From Amoebophrya sp. A120 (Eukaryota > Protista > Dinoflagellata): 64,000 bases of DNA. The stretch spans positions 1,302,881-1,366,880 of the forward strand of contig CAJINV010000004.1 in NCBI GenBank assembly GCA_905178155.1. Reading direction: 5' to 3'. Below, piece after piece: positions 61,081 to 64,000 of this stretch. The notes beneath the pieces were generated by a model. It was not told the origin of the DNA. It saw only the letters and a program-made list of their open reading frames with translations, and did no database searches. A program made the translations under genes and the position numbers. Positions within the stretch are counted from its first letter, which is position 1; every line of letters starts with the position of its first letter.

Positions 61081-63452
61081 GTTCTACTATTTGGCTGGAA
61101 GATGCGTGTAGTATCTATCAATTTTCCATCGTACTACTTATTCTATTCAGTAGCGAGGACCACTAAAAATTAGTCAAGCAAAAAGTTTCCACACCCACCG
61201 TAAGTTCAAGTGTCCTAATTTATGCTTTTTAGTTGCTACTACTTCAACAAAGTGAACTTGTTGCGCAAAATAACGACCTTCCCTAGCACACGATCTGCAG
61301 CGTCATCTCTGACCACGACGCTGTCGCACACGATATCGACACCAACGACTGCGTATTCATGATTATAATAGCCGCGAACAAGCGAATGGTAATATTCAAT
61401 CGAAATCAAGACCAGCTGTTGTTACCTCCCTCCTCTTTCTGTTCCTGAAAACGAATAAATGCTAGCAGACGATCGAGTCGAAACGACGAGAATACTGAAA
61501 GCGATACGACAACGAGTGGGTGTCGCAGAAGACAAGCGCAGAGGACCTGCTGGCCATCGTGTTGTAAAACGTTCTTGCAGAGGACACTTCGTGGAATCAT
61601 CCATTCCAGGAGCTGCACTTCTTGTCTGGCTTCTTTATCGACGAGGACTCCAGCTTGTTATGCCCTTGTTGTCGTTCTTGCTCATCTACGCAATGACTTC
61701 TCCGTCCTGTGGCTCATTGCATCGGTTGTAGTAGATTTATTCAGGTCCACAACGAGCCATTCCCAAACTGTCATATCTTCATTCCAGCGAATTTTACGTA
61801 CAAGCCGTCAACAGTTACAGTAGTAGGTGAACTAGTTATCGGTGCGAATAGTAAAAAATCACGGCTCAGACGATCCTTGTTAAAGAAAAAATTTGAAAAA
61901 ATCGCAAAATGTACCTAGATAATACAGTTTTCGTCGTCGTGATACTTATTTTTAAAGGTCGACATCCAGTCTACTGGAAGGAGTCTTATCAAATGATCTT
62001 GCACAAGGAATCTTTAGTATCTGAGCCTTTTCTTTGGGCACATCATTTTCCACTCCCAAGAACCTACCTGCGCACCAGGCAGAGGTAGTTCTTTTGACAT
62101 CTGCTTCATCCGTTTTCCATATCTGCCTTTTGCGGGGGAAACAAACTGCAAAAGATTCAGAAAGGAAGCTCGCAGCACTTACGAGGTTGTGATAAAAAAA
62201 ATGCTCTGCTCTGCGAATAGTGTACTAGTGACAGGCGAGATAACTTCATCTGCATCGTCTGCGCTGGGGGGGCTAGCAAGCGTAATTCTATTTTCAAGAC
62301 GCTTGTTCGAGCAGGGGGATTTTGCATATGCATAGACTGCGTCAGGTTGAAGACGGAGTTGTCATTATTATTTTGTTCCAGGCACAAAAACCTAGTGACG
62401 ATGGAAAAATCTCGACCGCGATGAGGAGCCGCGCAAGACTTTTTACGCAAAGCGCAAGATTTATGCAGAGCAAATTCTTTTCTATAATTTTAATTTGAAA
62501 AAAAGAATTTAGTTATGCTCCCGCATTTGCCCGATAGCGCAAACGAGGGTCAACAACGTACTTAGTCTCATTCAGAAAGACAGTCGGCACAATACCATGC
62601 CACCATAATATGCAGTTTGCTATTTGATATTGAATCTATGCTCGGGACGCCAGTTGTTTTTCTTTTTGCGTAGTACTCGTCTACGTCTACCTTACCCACC
62701 CTACTGTAGAGCTCCCTTGCGAGTAGTAGGAAAATCTCAGATGAAAATTGAAGCCTGTGCAGATGCGTTGCTTTCTGTGGTTGGTCATGCGCCGCCTCAC
62801 TCCCGAGGAGTTGAAATAGCAGCACGTCAACACAAGAAATGTGTAACAGAGTAAGTAGATGAGTCAGGGCGGGACTACTTCTATTATATATTTCTGTCCA
62901 CCCGCTGATATTGCGACAACGTTCTTGAGGCCGCTCACGACCGGCGCGACACGGTTCTTTTCGATAGTTACTTAGCCGAGAAGAGAATTGGTGCAGGTTT
63001 TTATCCTTTCTCTCTTCTAGAAGTCATATTCTGTTTCGTCTGCTATGTAGGGTCTAGGGGAACATCGTCTTGTGGTTTGCTCTAATTTATTTTATCCACA
63101 TGAACAACTTGCATAGCAACCGTGAACAGTAAGATGCTCTGCCCATAAGTAGCCTAGAAAGTCGTGTGAGTCAAAATTTGTCGTACTCTACTGCATAGGC
63201 ACGGCGTCGACGATAGGTAGATGATTAGATTTTACACAACTACACCTCCCTGCACATCATCGATCCCCTGGCTCAACAACTATTGTATCTTTAATCCAAA
63301 ATGACAAATCGAAACACCCACTGTTTTTATCTCCCGAATCTAAACTTTTTGTCAATATCAGAATCAGCATCACGCAGCCATGCATAAGATAGCTCGGACG
63401 ACCACGCTCTTCATTCTTCTTCTTACTTACTACGCACCAGCGCGTCAGGCGG

Positions 63453-64000
63453 TCAGGCTATCCACAGTAAATTTCCCGTACACGTACAAATGCCGTCTCT
63501 GCATGACAAAACTTGCCTTCAATCCTAGTCTAGCATGACAAGTTGGACACTGCAAGTTAGCGAAATTTGTCATGCATTTTGTACATGTACGGGAAATTTA
63601 CATTGCATACAGGCGAAAGGGATGCTATTGAAGTACGGATGGCGCAGACACTGCTTGGCACTGAGTCTCTGCATCGGGTTATCCTGAGTAAAAATGTCCC
63701 CACACCAGAGTTGTCATGCAAATCTGCATGCCAAAAAAGTTTCTCATGCGGACCCCCACGAGAAGCATTTTCTACTCTTATTTTGGAGTTTGTGATGCTA
63801 CAATCAGCATGATTTGCCAAATCTGTGATGCTGCTGAACTAGCGAAACAGAATCACACTATGAGGGCAAACTTGTCATGCGAAACAGCGAAAGCTGGTTG
63901 ATTTGTCTAGCAGATTTCCCATCTTGACTCTGGTGTGGGTACGTTTTTACTCAGGATACGGGTCATATTTCATGATGTCTTCGATCAGATCGCAGGCCTG
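63453..64000 (-). CDS. 3' part of a CMGC (CDK/MAK-like) protein kinase; 5' part outside the window
   Basis: After removing introner 63680-63958: ACDLIEDIMKYDP|MQRLSAKQCLRHPYF (kinase subdomain XI). Confidence 0.85.
63459..63609. mobile_element. Short introner, TIR family G
   Basis: IR GTAAATTTCCCGTACA.GTACAAA; direct repeat CAGGC. Confidence 0.9.
63680..63958. mobile_element. Introner, TIR family D
   Basis: IR TATCCTGAGTAAAAA.GT.CCCACACCAGAGT; direct repeat CGGGT. Confidence 0.93.

Overview
Eukaryotic, intron-containing genomic DNA. Every gene I can support (15, two cut by the window edges) is on the minus strand. Gene content (DAW1/ODA16, Na+/Ca2+ exchanger, DGAT2-like, MGRN1/LOG2-like RING ligase, LCCL-SRCR CCp3-like protein, CMGC kinase) and intron style point to an alveolate, most likely the parasitic dinoflagellate Amoebophrya; this assignment is inference. 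The dominant signal is 23 short (140-355 bp) MITE-like elements with TAT...ATA-type inverted-repeat ends and 5-bp flanking direct repeats, all inside coding exons. In each case, removing the element plus exactly 5 nt restores the host reading frame (one restores an in-frame TGA), so they behave as non-canonical introns (introners). They occur in both orientations, fall into several TIR families that share an internal GCAT(G/C)ACA motif, and range from pristine copies to a GT-AG-compatible one. Other oddities: a 734-bp Helentron-like element in two copies, a 1.2-kb structured insert flanked by a 40-nt coding duplication in the DGAT2-like gene, two very GC-rich islands, and two in-frame TGA codons. 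Gene models were assembled by eye, and many 5' ends are uncertain.
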